Source of the DNA: a virus
Taxonomy: Duplodnaviria > Caudoviricetes
Length of the DNA stretch: 64,000 bases
Strand: one strand, 5' to 3'
IMG/VR virus record: IMGVR_UViG_3300042892_000699
The position numbers and the translations under genes were made by a program. Under the pieces are notes generated by a model that was given only the letters and a program-made list of their open reading frames with translations, did no database searches and was not told where the DNA came from. Shown piece after piece: positions 29,326 to 38,197 of the stretch; within the stretch, counting starts at the first letter, position 1, and each line of letters begins with the position of its first letter.

Positions 29326-31612
29326 AGCCGCCAGAACCAGTCTTTATAGGGTTCCCAGAACCATCAGTTACAATGCCGCCTGTGCCAGATTGTACAGTTG
29401 CTCCTTGCAATTGCCCTAAGAAACACTCGTAATAACCCTTCTTTTTAGCTTTAATATCGGCTGTGTTAAATCCAACAGACTTACAGGCAGCTTCAAAATA
29501 GTTAGGATCTGTTTGTGCAACTTTGCATCTGTCAAGCATATACTTGACACTGACTTCGGCTGCTATAGCAGGATTAGAAAGCAAGGACGGATTGCCTAAA
29601 AGATCCTGTCCTACCATAGTTCCGTATTTAGAATAGTTTGCTCGACCAGTTAATTGAATGTAGCCGCGTCCAATATATTTTCCGCCGTCGCCGGCTTGTG
29701 TATTGCCTAGACCTTTACCTTTGGCAGTTGTATAACCGTATAGAAACTCAGGTAAACTATTATTAGGATTGCCTGCATATTGTTGAGCAAGAGCTTTATC
29801 GCCTTTAAACACACTAGGGAATACTTGTAACAATCTATCTGCTGAATAATTAAACCCTTCATTAACTAACTTCCATCGACATTCACCGCCTGCGATACCT
29901 AACAAAGATGCTACTGCATACGGACTTGTTAAACCATATTTTGCGCAGGCTGCTTTAAGAGCTGCAATACCCGGAGCCGAAGAACTAGCATTGATATCTT
30001 TAGCATACTCTGGACTACATGTTCCTGCTACTACTTCTTCTTGGTTTGCAGGCTCTTGACTTCCTGTGGCAGGATTTGGTGCTACACCGCCTGCACTCCT
30101 GTCTGCAAGAGTTGCATCAGTTGCCGCAGGTGTAAATTTAGAAGGGTTAATATTTTCGTGCTGATCCCACGGCTCATGTGTAGGAACTCGTTGCATAATA
30201 CTCTTAATGCTATTCCCCTTATAGAATACACTATTTGCCCAACCAGCGGCGGCACTTCTATTAGGTAATGTAAACAATGGTAGGTCTGGTGGTGTTTCTG
30301 CAGTATCTGCAGGTGTAGGTGCGGCGGCGGATGGACCGTTTAAGTGAATTGCCGAACCGGATGCTATAATATTTCCATTAGCTCCCAGGTTTAATTGCCC
30401 CGCTGTGCCTATGCTAATAGTGCCCTCTGCCCCAAAATTTATTGTTGCACCTGCACTGGATTTAATATCGTTTGCTACATTAAGATTGTAAGAATTTGCA
30501 ATGCTTACTTTTGTAAGACCGCCAATAGTTTCATCGTGGGTACCTCTAACAGATATCTTTTGATCTTGATCAACTGTTAGATAATTGTATCCTGTGATAT
30601 TAGTTTCCATGTTCTTGCCGGCACGCACATGAATATTACGACCTGCTTCTATGTTAATATCACGGTCGGCTCGGAAGTTAAAATCTTGTTCACTGTGAAT
30701 GCTAACGCTGTCTGCTGCATATATATCAATCTTACCATTGCTGGTCATTTCAATCCATGCTGTACCTTTACTATTAGCAATGTAGATTAGGTCTTGACTG
30801 TTGTGCATCAAGATTTGATGTCCAGTTCTTGTACGCAATCTAACTAATTCATTTTGTCCATTAACATCCCCGTCATCCATAACAAAGGTAGTTCCTCCGA
30901 GTCTGCTTACAGGTGCTTGAGCATTACCTTCATAACCAATTCTACCTCGACGGGCTCCGGGACTATCATCTAATGGACCAGGTGTGCTAATGCCAAATAC
31001 TCCGCTAGGTACTTCTCGGCGAGCACTACTCGACGTAACACCGCGAATTGTATCTAGCAATAATCCTTGTTGTAATAACCTATCGGCAAAAGGATGCACA
31101 GGTTTTGCAAAACGATCAGGATTAGGGTTTTCTAATTTTTTAGAACTCTTGTGAAACTCTGCAACTGGCAGATAATCAGTTCCGTACTTTCTTCTTTGTT
31201 CATCTGTTAGTGCAGTTTGCTTTGTGGCTGCAATTCCCGGAGTCATGTGATTCTGGAATATGTCTTGTACGCATCCAAAAAAGTAACCTTGATTAGGGTC
31301 TCCGTCTATGAACAGGACCATAACTGTTGTTCCAACATCCGGCGGAACCATCCACATTCCGTAACTTTTTTGTACATCATTAAAGTCACTGCTGTTAGTA
31401 CCTTCGTATCTAATAGATGTTGTTCCTGCAAAGGGACTTAGATATCTAACTACATAAGTTTCGCCCTTTTCTTTAGTGGAACTGGGCATGCCTTTTAAAA
31501 GTGCAACTTCAAGACAGCCCATGTATGTAGGGTCAAGGTGGTTTGTTACTTCTGCTAGGAAAGGACCTGGGGAAGGCAACGGTGACCGCGATCTGGTTTC
31601 AAAAGACGCCAT
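29324..31612 (-). CDS. gp5: Baseplate hub/spike protein (gp5-like) with a C-terminal GH19-like lytic domain
   Basis: N-terminal OB-fold-like region (DP..MG.L.V..., GMW..PPDVG..V.V.F..GD). Central beta-repeat region. C-terminal GECR..LVNE and YIGRGYIQLTGRANY. Confidence 0.75.
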   Translation of the reverse strand: MASFETRSRSPLPSPGPFLAEVTNHLDPTYMGCLEVALLKGMPSSTKEKGETYVVRYLSPFAGTTSIRYEGTNSSDFNDVQKSYGMWMVPPDVGTTVMVLFIDGDPNQGYFFGCVQDIFQNHMTPGIAATKQTALTDEQRRKYGTDYLPVAEFHKSSKKLENPNPDRFAKPVHPFADRLLQQGLLLDTIRGVTSSSARREVPSGVFGISTPGPLDDSPGARRGRIGYEGNAQAPVSRLGGTTFVMDDGDVNGQNELVRLRTRTGHQILMHNSQDLIYIANSKGTAWIEMTSNGKIDIYAADSVSIHSEQDFNFRADRDINIEAGRNIHVRAGKNMETNITGYNYLTVDQDQKISVRGTHDETIGGLTKVSIANSYNLNVANDIKSSAGATINFGAEGTISIGTAGQLNLGANGNIIASGSAIHLNGPSAAAPTPADTAETPPDLPLFTLPNRSAAAGWANSVFYKGNSIKSIMQRVPTHEPWDQHENINPSKFTPAATDATLADRSAGGVAPNPATGSQEPANQEEVVAGTCSPEYAKDINASSSAPGIAALKAACAKYGLTSPYAVASLLGIAGGECRWKLVNEGFNYSADRLLQVFPSVFKGDKALAQQYAGNPNNSLPEFLYGYTTAKGKGLGNTQAGDGGKYIGRGYIQLTGRANYSKYGTMVGQDLLGNPSLLSNPAIAAEVSVKYMLDRCKVAQTDPNYFEAACKSVGFNTADIKAKKKGYYECFLGQLQGATVQSGTGGIVTDGSGNPIKTGSGG

Positions 31613-31616
31613 ATTC

Positions 31617-34600
31617 TTATCCCAATGTATTCCTATTAATTAATTTGTCTAACGGACTGTTGCCAGCTGAAATACTGCCAAATTTACTTGTAACGGAATC
31701 AACTAGTCCTTGACCCGGAACTAACGATTGTCCAGTAACATTTGCAATCTGTGATCTTGCAGTTAAGACTTTGTCAGCTGATATATTTGTATCAATGCTA
31801 TTTAATCTTCCTGTGAACCCAGACAAAGGATTATACTGTGCAGCAAATTCTTTGACAGCAGATAAATTCGGACTAGGTGCAACTGAGTATGGAGACGTTG
31901 CAGGCAAATTAGAAATTTTTGCAGATGGAATATAATCTAATACAACACCAGAATCAACTGCTTGACTTAGATTAACATCGGCAGGAGCTTTACTGATCAT
32001 GTTTTTAACTTGATCGAGAGACTTACTGGATAGATTTGGACTCAGTCCAGATAATGCAGATGCGCTCAATCCCAGTGCTGCGCCCAGGGCCGCAGGATCA
32101 GCAGGTGTTCCGGATAATGATTTTACCTTGTCTCCTATGCCAGACGCATATTCTCCAGCTTTCTTTCCTAGTCCAACTACGGTGTCTACTGCATTTGTTC
32201 CTAGAGATTTTAATGTACCTAAAGAATCTGAAATACTGCCAACTGGAAGTGCAGCTGAATTAATGGTATTCCCATATTGTATATCTTGAGCAGTCGGATC
32301 AACGGGTAAAGAAGATACTTTAGGAATAGAAACTGTTGCTCCTTCTCCTATACCAGAACCTTGATTTGATTTTTTTAATAACGAAGCAATTGCAGTTCCT
32401 GCGGCTGCTCCTGCTAGAACCCCTACAGCACGTTTAATAGGAACATTACCAGTTACCACATTTGCAGCAACCGCTAACATAGCAGCCGTTCCTAAATTAT
32501 TTTGACCCAGTGCAGTTAATCCAGATGAATTTAATCTAACATTTGACAACATATCTGTAGGCAATGGACTTCCTATAATAGAATTTCCTCTGCTAACTAA
32601 GCCCATTGTTTGATTTAACAAGTTAGGTGAAGCTCCACTAAGTCCGCCTGGTGAATTTGTAAAGTTGCTTGGCTGGTTAGGTAATCCCGGAGAAGGAATT
32701 CCCCTGTCTAGTTGTTCATACAAATTCGTATCTAGTCGTTGAGAAGGCGACCTTGCAGTCGAAGTATCTTCTTTAACTCCGTCTTCTGGATCAGGTGTTG
32801 ATGTTAGATACACTGAAGGATCAGTTGCCTTCACGCTGTAATCTAAAACTTGCCCAGGAACTCTAATTACGTTTAATCTCTGTTTAAATGCACCTTCTTT
32901 AAAAGTATGAGTAGCTTGAGTTACCATGTATACTCCGCTGAACGGAATTCTATTTGCATCAAAAAACATCATACCGCCTTGTTCAAAAGGCATTATGTCA
33001 ATAGGATTTCTAAAGTTGATAGTAATCATCAACTGTCCCTGATTAAACGCTGCTTCTCCACCCTTTAACGAACCGTTGCCTACAGGAGCAGGATTGTAAC
33101 TACCCATGCCTCCTGTAACAAGATAGAACGGATCTCCTAGAATTTCTAATTCTCCGGTTAACATACTAGCCTGACTGTTTACCACGGCGTTGTGCATGTT
33201 TCTTGCTAATATACTATAAGGATCATCTAATGGCTGACTAGCATTGCCTCCGTAAGATTGTAACTGTGTAGTGACAACTTTTTTAGGATGCATCGGAACT
33301 TGAAGTTTTGAAGCATCTTCATTGCTAGGACTAGCCTGACTGGTTTTTACATTATTGTCATTGCCGGCTGCTGTTTTTGCTTCAACTGAATCTTTATTTC
33401 CCATTGCTGCTGGAACAGCTTCAAAAAATAACGTATTAAAATTCAACTTAAATGATATAACATCTACATTTTGTCCTGTGTAGATATAGTTGTATTCTCG
33501 ACGGCTTAATTTTTTTAATTCCTTTTCTTCAATAAAGTTATCAGATAAGTTTGGAATCTTTGTATAATGAACTTTATAAGGAGCAACAATATAATTAATT
33601 TTTTGAACAGGTTTCTTTGTTTCAGTGTTTATTACATCTGTATTTTCTACTTCGATACGTACTGTAAAATATTCAATCATTCCGTACGAATCAATATGTT
33701 TTTTGATATCTTTTAAGATATTTCTAGTATATTCACTGTCTCGTATAACTGCGGTAATAACTTCGTGAATGTTCATTCCTTCTCCAAACTGAACAACGGT
33801 CTTAGAAGGATTGTATTTTATACTTTCAGGTTTTTTAGCCTGCTCTTGTGCTGTGGGCTGTTTGCTACCATTAGTTTTATACGCATTTGGTTTATCAGTA
33901 GAGCTAGGATCTGTTAGACCATATAACGCATTGTCTTTCATTAGTTCTACTAATTTTTCTTTAGAGATCTTATTGTCAGTATCGTATGCCCAGCCTTTGA
34001 CTTCGTCCCATACTGGAAATTTAATTGAATAAAAATCAACTTGAGTTGCATTTCCATCTTTACGAGAATCTTTATGTTCTTTCAATGTCTGATCATTGAT
34101 ACTTTTCATGAAGTTTTCAAGAATTTCTTTTACAGTCTGACCTTCCATCTTAATGGGTTTTTTAACTGTGTTAGGTTGGCCAAATGCTCGTTCATTGTAC
34201 GGAACTGCGTCAACTCTATAGCGTGTTCCTTTTTCAGAAACATCCACTTCAATGTTGGTAAGACCTATGGGGAAATATCTTTCAGCGTTAGGAATTTTAA
34301 TCGGATCTTTGAATTCATCAGTATCGTCATCTGGGTATCCCCAAAATTCAATTTTTAAAACAAACGATGCTTGTAGATAGCTAGGATATCCTGCCGCCAG
34401 AGCTGCAACATATAGAGCTTCAATAAACCCATTCATGCTATATGGCTCAACAACATCAAATTTTATTTTAGTAGGTAGACTTAGATTAGATTCTTTACTA
34501 AACGACATTACTGATTCTATTTCTACATTGTCCATAAAGAAATCAAATCGTCCTGGACTTTCAGAATTAAATTTATCTAAGAATTCAGCTGCATAATTTC

Positions 34601-34991
34601 TATTAACATATCCGCTGCCTCTTCCTCCGCCAGCAGTAGTACTAGGTGTTGTTATACCCGAAGTTAAAAAAGAAGAAGTTAATGCAATGCCGTCTGTTCC
34701 TTTACCGCCAGATTTTAAAATTACAAGATCTAATTCACTTTCTCTAAGTTTTTTAGGATCTTTAAGATATTCTTTGTTTAAACCTGCAAGAGTAAAGTTA
34801 TAGGTTACAGACCTAAATCCATTCAATACATTTTTTTCGCCAGTTTGTTCTACAAGCTGAGAGGCTTCTTTTTGAAACTTAGACTCACCTGTGTCAGATT
34901 TGTTTTCTTTTTTGTTTGTTTTATTTTCTACCTCAGGAGAAGACCCGCTACCTGTTGCAACCATAATATCGTAACCAGAAAACTCTCCCAT
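31617..34991 (-). CDS. Putative baseplate hub/tail protein with a Ser/Gly-rich C-terminus
   Basis: 1124 aa, between the LysM-like and gp5-like genes. EILGDPFYL motif. Confidence 0.55.
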   Translation of the reverse strand: MGEFSGYDIMVATGSGSSPEVENKTNKKENKSDTGESKFQKEASQLVEQTGEKNVLNGFRSVTYNFTLAGLNKEYLKDPKKLRESELDLVILKSGGKGTDGIALTSSFLTSGITTPSTTAGGGRGSGYVNRNYAAEFLDKFNSESPGRFDFFMDNVEIESVMSFSKESNLSLPTKIKFDVVEPYSMNGFIEALYVAALAAGYPSYLQASFVLKIEFWGYPDDDTDEFKDPIKIPNAERYFPIGLTNIEVDVSEKGTRYRVDAVPYNERAFGQPNTVKKPIKMEGQTVKEILENFMKSINDQTLKEHKDSRKDGNATQVDFYSIKFPVWDEVKGWAYDTDNKISKEKLVELMKDNALYGLTDPSSTDKPNAYKTNGSKQPTAQEQAKKPESIKYNPSKTVVQFGEGMNIHEVITAVIRDSEYTRNILKDIKKHIDSYGMIEYFTVRIEVENTDVINTETKKPVQKINYIVAPYKVHYTKIPNLSDNFIEEKELKKLSRREYNYIYTGQNVDVISFKLNFNTLFFEAVPAAMGNKDSVEAKTAAGNDNNVKTSQASPSNEDASKLQVPMHPKKVVTTQLQSYGGNASQPLDDPYSILARNMHNAVVNSQASMLTGELEILGDPFYLVTGGMGSYNPAPVGNGSLKGGEAAFNQGQLMITINFRNPIDIMPFEQGGMMFFDANRIPFSGVYMVTQATHTFKEGAFKQRLNVIRVPGQVLDYSVKATDPSVYLTSTPDPEDGVKEDTSTARSPSQRLDTNLYEQLDRGIPSPGLPNQPSNFTNSPGGLSGASPNLLNQTMGLVSRGNSIIGSPLPTDMLSNVRLNSSGLTALGQNNLGTAAMLAVAANVVTGNVPIKRAVGVLAGAAAGTAIASLLKKSNQGSGIGEGATVSIPKVSSLPVDPTAQDIQYGNTINSAALPVGSISDSLGTLKSLGTNAVDTVVGLGKKAGEYASGIGDKVKSLSGTPADPAALGAALGLSASALSGLSPNLSSKSLDQVKNMISKAPADVNLSQAVDSGVVLDYIPSAKISNLPATSPYSVAPSPNLSAVKEFAAQYNPLSGFTGRLNSIDTNISADKVLTARSQIANVTGQSLVPGQGLVDSVTSKFGSISAGNSPLDKLINRNTLG

Positions 34992-34992
34992 A

Positions 34993-35289
34993 TTATATTC
35001 CTAATACTTTTTTAATAGTAGTCATTTTAGGAAGATAGATTTTTGTTCCGGCTTTCATATCATATATTGGATCTTTTAATTTATTTTTGTTTCTAATTGA
35101 AAATACCCACCACAATCTAGCGTCCTGGTAAAGATCATATGCAAGTAGGTCAGGACGATTCTCATATGTATTTGTAATTTCAAAAAGAATGTCGTCTTTT
35201 TCATTAGGAAGATCCCTGAGACTCATAACATCCAAGTAACCGTTTACAATCTCAGTTCTAAAATATGGACTTTCTTTACTATACGCCAT
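34993..35289 (-). CDS. Small baseplate protein, LysM-like (gp53-like)
   Basis: RPDLLAYDLYQDARLWWVF...G.KIYLP pattern. Confidence 0.7.
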   Translation of the reverse strand: MAYSKESPYFRTEIVNGYLDVMSLRDLPNEKDDILFEITNTYENRPDLLAYDLYQDARLWWVFSIRNKNKLKDPIYDMKAGTKIYLPKMTTIKKVLGI

Positions 35290-36113
35290 TATAGATATCC
35301 TCGTTTATTAAAGCCATTGTTATTACTTAGATAATCAGTGACATTAAATCGTTGCATTTCGTTTCTGCTGTACATAGGCAAGCATGTTATGCTTATAGTT
35401 GACATAATAGGAACCGAAGTTGTTCCATATACACTATTTTCAGGCATAGTAAAATAGTCAACCGTATCAGGAAGCTCTACTCTAAAATTAGTAATTGCTA
35501 CAGGAACATTATTAAACATCCATTCTCCATGAGCAAACAATCTACATACCGGTGGCGGAGCTCCGCTATCAAAGTCTCCGGACCTTGCTCCCCCAGATCT
35601 CATTTTAGTCAATGCCTTTAATAAATGAACTGTTGCAATATACATTGCCGCATCATCAGAATTTGAAACAGAAAACTTTCCTGCAATAGAGATACTTCCT
35701 ATTGACGACTTTTGATAAAAATTTATAGGAAAATTAGCATGAAGTGGTGTTTGAGAAGTGTATTCTGCTTTGTACTCTACATTAATTGAAGGTGTGTAGG
35801 GGAAAATTATACCGTGTAAGTTTGAAACGCCCATCTCATTATTAAGACCTATAGTCTTATTAGTAAGATAGATCGGGGGAACTTTAATTCTAACTCTTAG
35901 ATCTTTTCCTAATTTGTTACCATTAACATCTACTATATTAGTTATAACTTTAGGATCAGCAGGTTTGATAGCTCCCGGGGACACTCTGGAAACTATTCGT
36001 TTGCCGAAGCCAGCAGACAATGAACCAAACTGATCGGTGGCGGACAATGAACCAAACTGATCGGTGGCGGCTTGTTGGGTATTTCCTATAATTGATGGAA
36101 GGTTAAATGACAT
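35289..36113 (-). CDS. Tail tube/baseplate tube-initiator-like protein
   Basis: FPYTPSI, PPPVCRL, NVPVAITNF.VELP motifs typical of contractile-system tube-fold proteins. Confidence 0.6.
   Translation of the reverse strand: MSFNLPSIIGNTQQAATDQFGSLSATDQFGSLSAGFGKRIVSRVSPGAIKPADPKVITNIVDVNGNKLGKDLRVRIKVPPIYLTNKTIGLNNEMGVSNLHGIIFPYTPSINVEYKAEYTSQTPLHANFPINFYQKSSIGSISIAGKFSVSNSDDAAMYIATVHLLKALTKMRSGGARSGDFDSGAPPPVCRLFAHGEWMFNNVPVAITNFRVELPDTVDYFTMPENSVYGTTSVPIMSTISITCLPMYSRNEMQRFNVTDYLSNNNGFNKRGYL
36016..36069 (-). repeat. Perfect 27-bp tandem duplication (ATDQFGSLS x2)
   Basis: GACAATGAACCAAACTGATCGGTGGCG occurs at 36016-36042 and 36043-36069. Confidence 0.95.
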
Positions 36114-36134
36114 TTGTATTTTTCCTATGTATGG

Positions 36135-36150
36135 TATTTACCAATAAATA
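36135..36150. promoter_or_regulatory. Back-to-back late promoter motifs
   Basis: GTAAATA on the minus strand (36135-36141) and ATAAATA on the plus strand (36144-36150). Confidence 0.5.
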
Positions 36151-36167
36151 AAACACTCTTATAATGG

Positions 36168-36197
36168 TTGACATTGCCGTTTCGTACCTGCTACAAT
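36168..36197 (+). promoter_or_regulatory. sigma70-type promoter for the gp55-like gene
   Basis: TTGACA-18 nt-TACAAT. Confidence 0.65.
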
Positions 36198-36222
36198 GTC
36201 TTATCAAGGATTCATAAAAATA

Positions 36223-37137
36223 ATGACAACAACATTGACCCCTAACGGAAAAAAGGTAAAATACTTAAACAACAGAGACTTATTATCAGAAATACATAGA
36301 AGTAAGTGTTCGTTTTCAAGTTTTACCAAAAAAGAATACAGTCAACACGATATAATTCTATCAAATTTAGATAAAATTAACATACGGACTGTTGCAGATG
36401 CAAAGAGGAATAAGGCAAAGCGAATGGGACTAGAAGCATTTACGGCTGCTCGTCTATCAGGTGATAAAAAAATTAAACTAGCAGAGTGTACTCCAGACTA
36501 CACAACTATTGCTAAAACTGATTTAGTGTTTCGAATTATGACATTTGAACACATTCCCCTAGCACCGGGCCGCAAGAAGACTACTAAAACAACTGCGGAC
36601 AGTCATGATAAAGTAAATTTTCCGCCATTTCAGCATTGGAAATTTAATGATGGCGGCGAATTAGAATGTGTGGGCAAAAGTCATTGGAAAGGTCCATTAG
36701 ACACTGGTAGGTTTAGCAAAGATCACGGACGCATAACTGAAAACTTAGGCAAGATGTTTATCAAACTGAGTGAACGTTATGCTCAAAGATCTAATTGGCG
36801 TGGTTATACCTATGTTGAAGAAATGCGTGGACAAGCTATTTTACAATTAAGTCAAATTGGTCTACAGTTTGATGAAAGTAAATCAGAAAACCCATTCGCT
36901 TATTATACAGCCGCAGTGACCAACAGCTTTACTCGAGTGCTTAATATTGAAAAGAAAAACCAAAATATCCGTGATGACATGTTAGAATCGCACGGATTGA
37001 CTCCTAGTTTAACTAGACAAAATCAACAGGTGTACGCAGAAGAAACTGCTCGTCAGGCTGAATTGTATAAAAACTTTCGTATGCCAAAGAGTGAGGAAGA
37101 TCCTATTGAAGGTGAATCTGAAGAAACTGATGTTTGA
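36223..37137 (+). CDS. gp55: Late-transcription sigma factor (T4 gp55-like)
   Basis: YLNNRDLL.EI N-terminus; LGKMFIKLSERYA.RSNW.GYTY.EEM; FDESKSENPFAYYT...NSF.R.L..EKK. The ATG at 36223 is preferred because the ATG at 36196 overlaps the -10 box. Confidence 0.85.
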   Translation: MTTTLTPNGKKVKYLNNRDLLSEIHRSKCSFSSFTKKEYSQHDIILSNLDKINIRTVADAKRNKAKRMGLEAFTAARLSGDKKIKLAECTPDYTTIAKTDLVFRIMTFEHIPLAPGRKKTTKTTADSHDKVNFPPFQHWKFNDGGELECVGKSHWKGPLDTGRFSKDHGRITENLGKMFIKLSERYAQRSNWRGYTYVEEMRGQAILQLSQIGLQFDESKSENPFAYYTAAVTNSFTRVLNIEKKNQNIRDDMLESHGLTPSLTRQNQQVYAEETARQAELYKNFRMPKSEEDPIEGESEETDV

Positions 37138-37162
37138 CTTTGCTTGAACAAATCTATACACT
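37134..37162 (+). promoter_or_regulatory. sigma70-type promoter for the gp47 operon
   Basis: TTGACT-17 nt-TACACT, followed by the AGGAG RBS. Confidence 0.65.
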
Positions 37163-37183
37163 GTTAGATAGGAGAACAACAAT

Positions 37184-38197
37184 ATGAACCTTTTTAAAAA
37201 AGTAGCCTGTTTTACTGACATACATTTTGGACTCAAGTCTAACAGTAGTACTCATTTACGAGATTGTGAAGAATTTGTAGATTGGTATATCGAAAACGCT
37301 AAAAAAGAAGGGTGCGATACTGGAATCTTTTTAGGAGACTGGTCACATAATCGAAATAGTCTCAACTTGATCACGCTGGATACCAGTATCCGATGCTTGG
37401 AAAAACTAGGAGCTGCTTTTGAGCAGTTCTTCTGGTTTCCGGGCAATCACGATTTGTTTTACAAAGATAAAAGAGATATCCATAGTAGTGCATTTGGAAA
37501 ACACATTCCCGGAATGACCGTAATCGACGGCGTAACAACTATCGGCGATGTTACACTTGTGCCGTGGTTGGTAGGTGAAGAGTGGAAAACTATCAGTCAA
37601 GTTAAGAGCAAATACATGTTCGGACACTTTGAATTGCCCTTATTCTATATGAATGCTATGGTACAGATGCCTGATCATGGTGAATTGCAAGCTAGTCACT
37701 TCAAACATCAAGACTATGTGTTCAGCGGACACTTCCATAAGCGTCAACAGCGTGATAAAATTGTCTACATTGGTAATGCTTTTCCACATAACTTTGCAGA
37801 TACAGGCGATGATGCCCGAGGTATGATGGTTATGGATTGGGGTGGGGAACCTAAATTCATCGACTGGCCTAACTGTCCTAAGTATCGTCATGTTAAACTA
37901 AGCGACTTAATTGACAAGAAGGACGATATCATGAAGGGCAAGATGCACCTTAAAGTCAGTCTTGACATCGATATCAGTTACGAAGAAGCAAACTTTATCA
38001 AAGAAACCTTTACTCAAGAGTATGACATCAGAGAAATCAGTCTTATTCAAGATAAAATTAACTTAGAAGGCAACATTGATGACAATCCGGACACTAAATT
38101 TGAAAGTGTGGACCAGATTGTATCAGAACAACTAGTTAATATTGAATCTGACCAATTCGATAAGGCAGTTTTACTAGACATTTATAATAATCTATGA
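37184..38197 (+). CDS. gp47: Recombination nuclease subunit (Mre11/SbcD-like, T4 gp47)
   Basis: Metallophosphoesterase motifs DIHFG, LGD, GNHD, GHF, SGHFH. Confidence 0.92.
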   Translation: MNLFKKVACFTDIHFGLKSNSSTHLRDCEEFVDWYIENAKKEGCDTGIFLGDWSHNRNSLNLITLDTSIRCLEKLGAAFEQFFWFPGNHDLFYKDKRDIHSSAFGKHIPGMTVIDGVTTIGDVTLVPWLVGEEWKTISQVKSKYMFGHFELPLFYMNAMVQMPDHGELQASHFKHQDYVFSGHFHKRQQRDKIVYIGNAFPHNFADTGDDARGMMVMDWGGEPKFIDWPNCPKYRHVKLSDLIDKKDDIMKGKMHLKVSLDIDISYEEANFIKETFTQEYDIREISLIQDKINLEGNIDDNPDTKFESVDQIVSEQLVNIESDQFDKAVLLDIYNNL

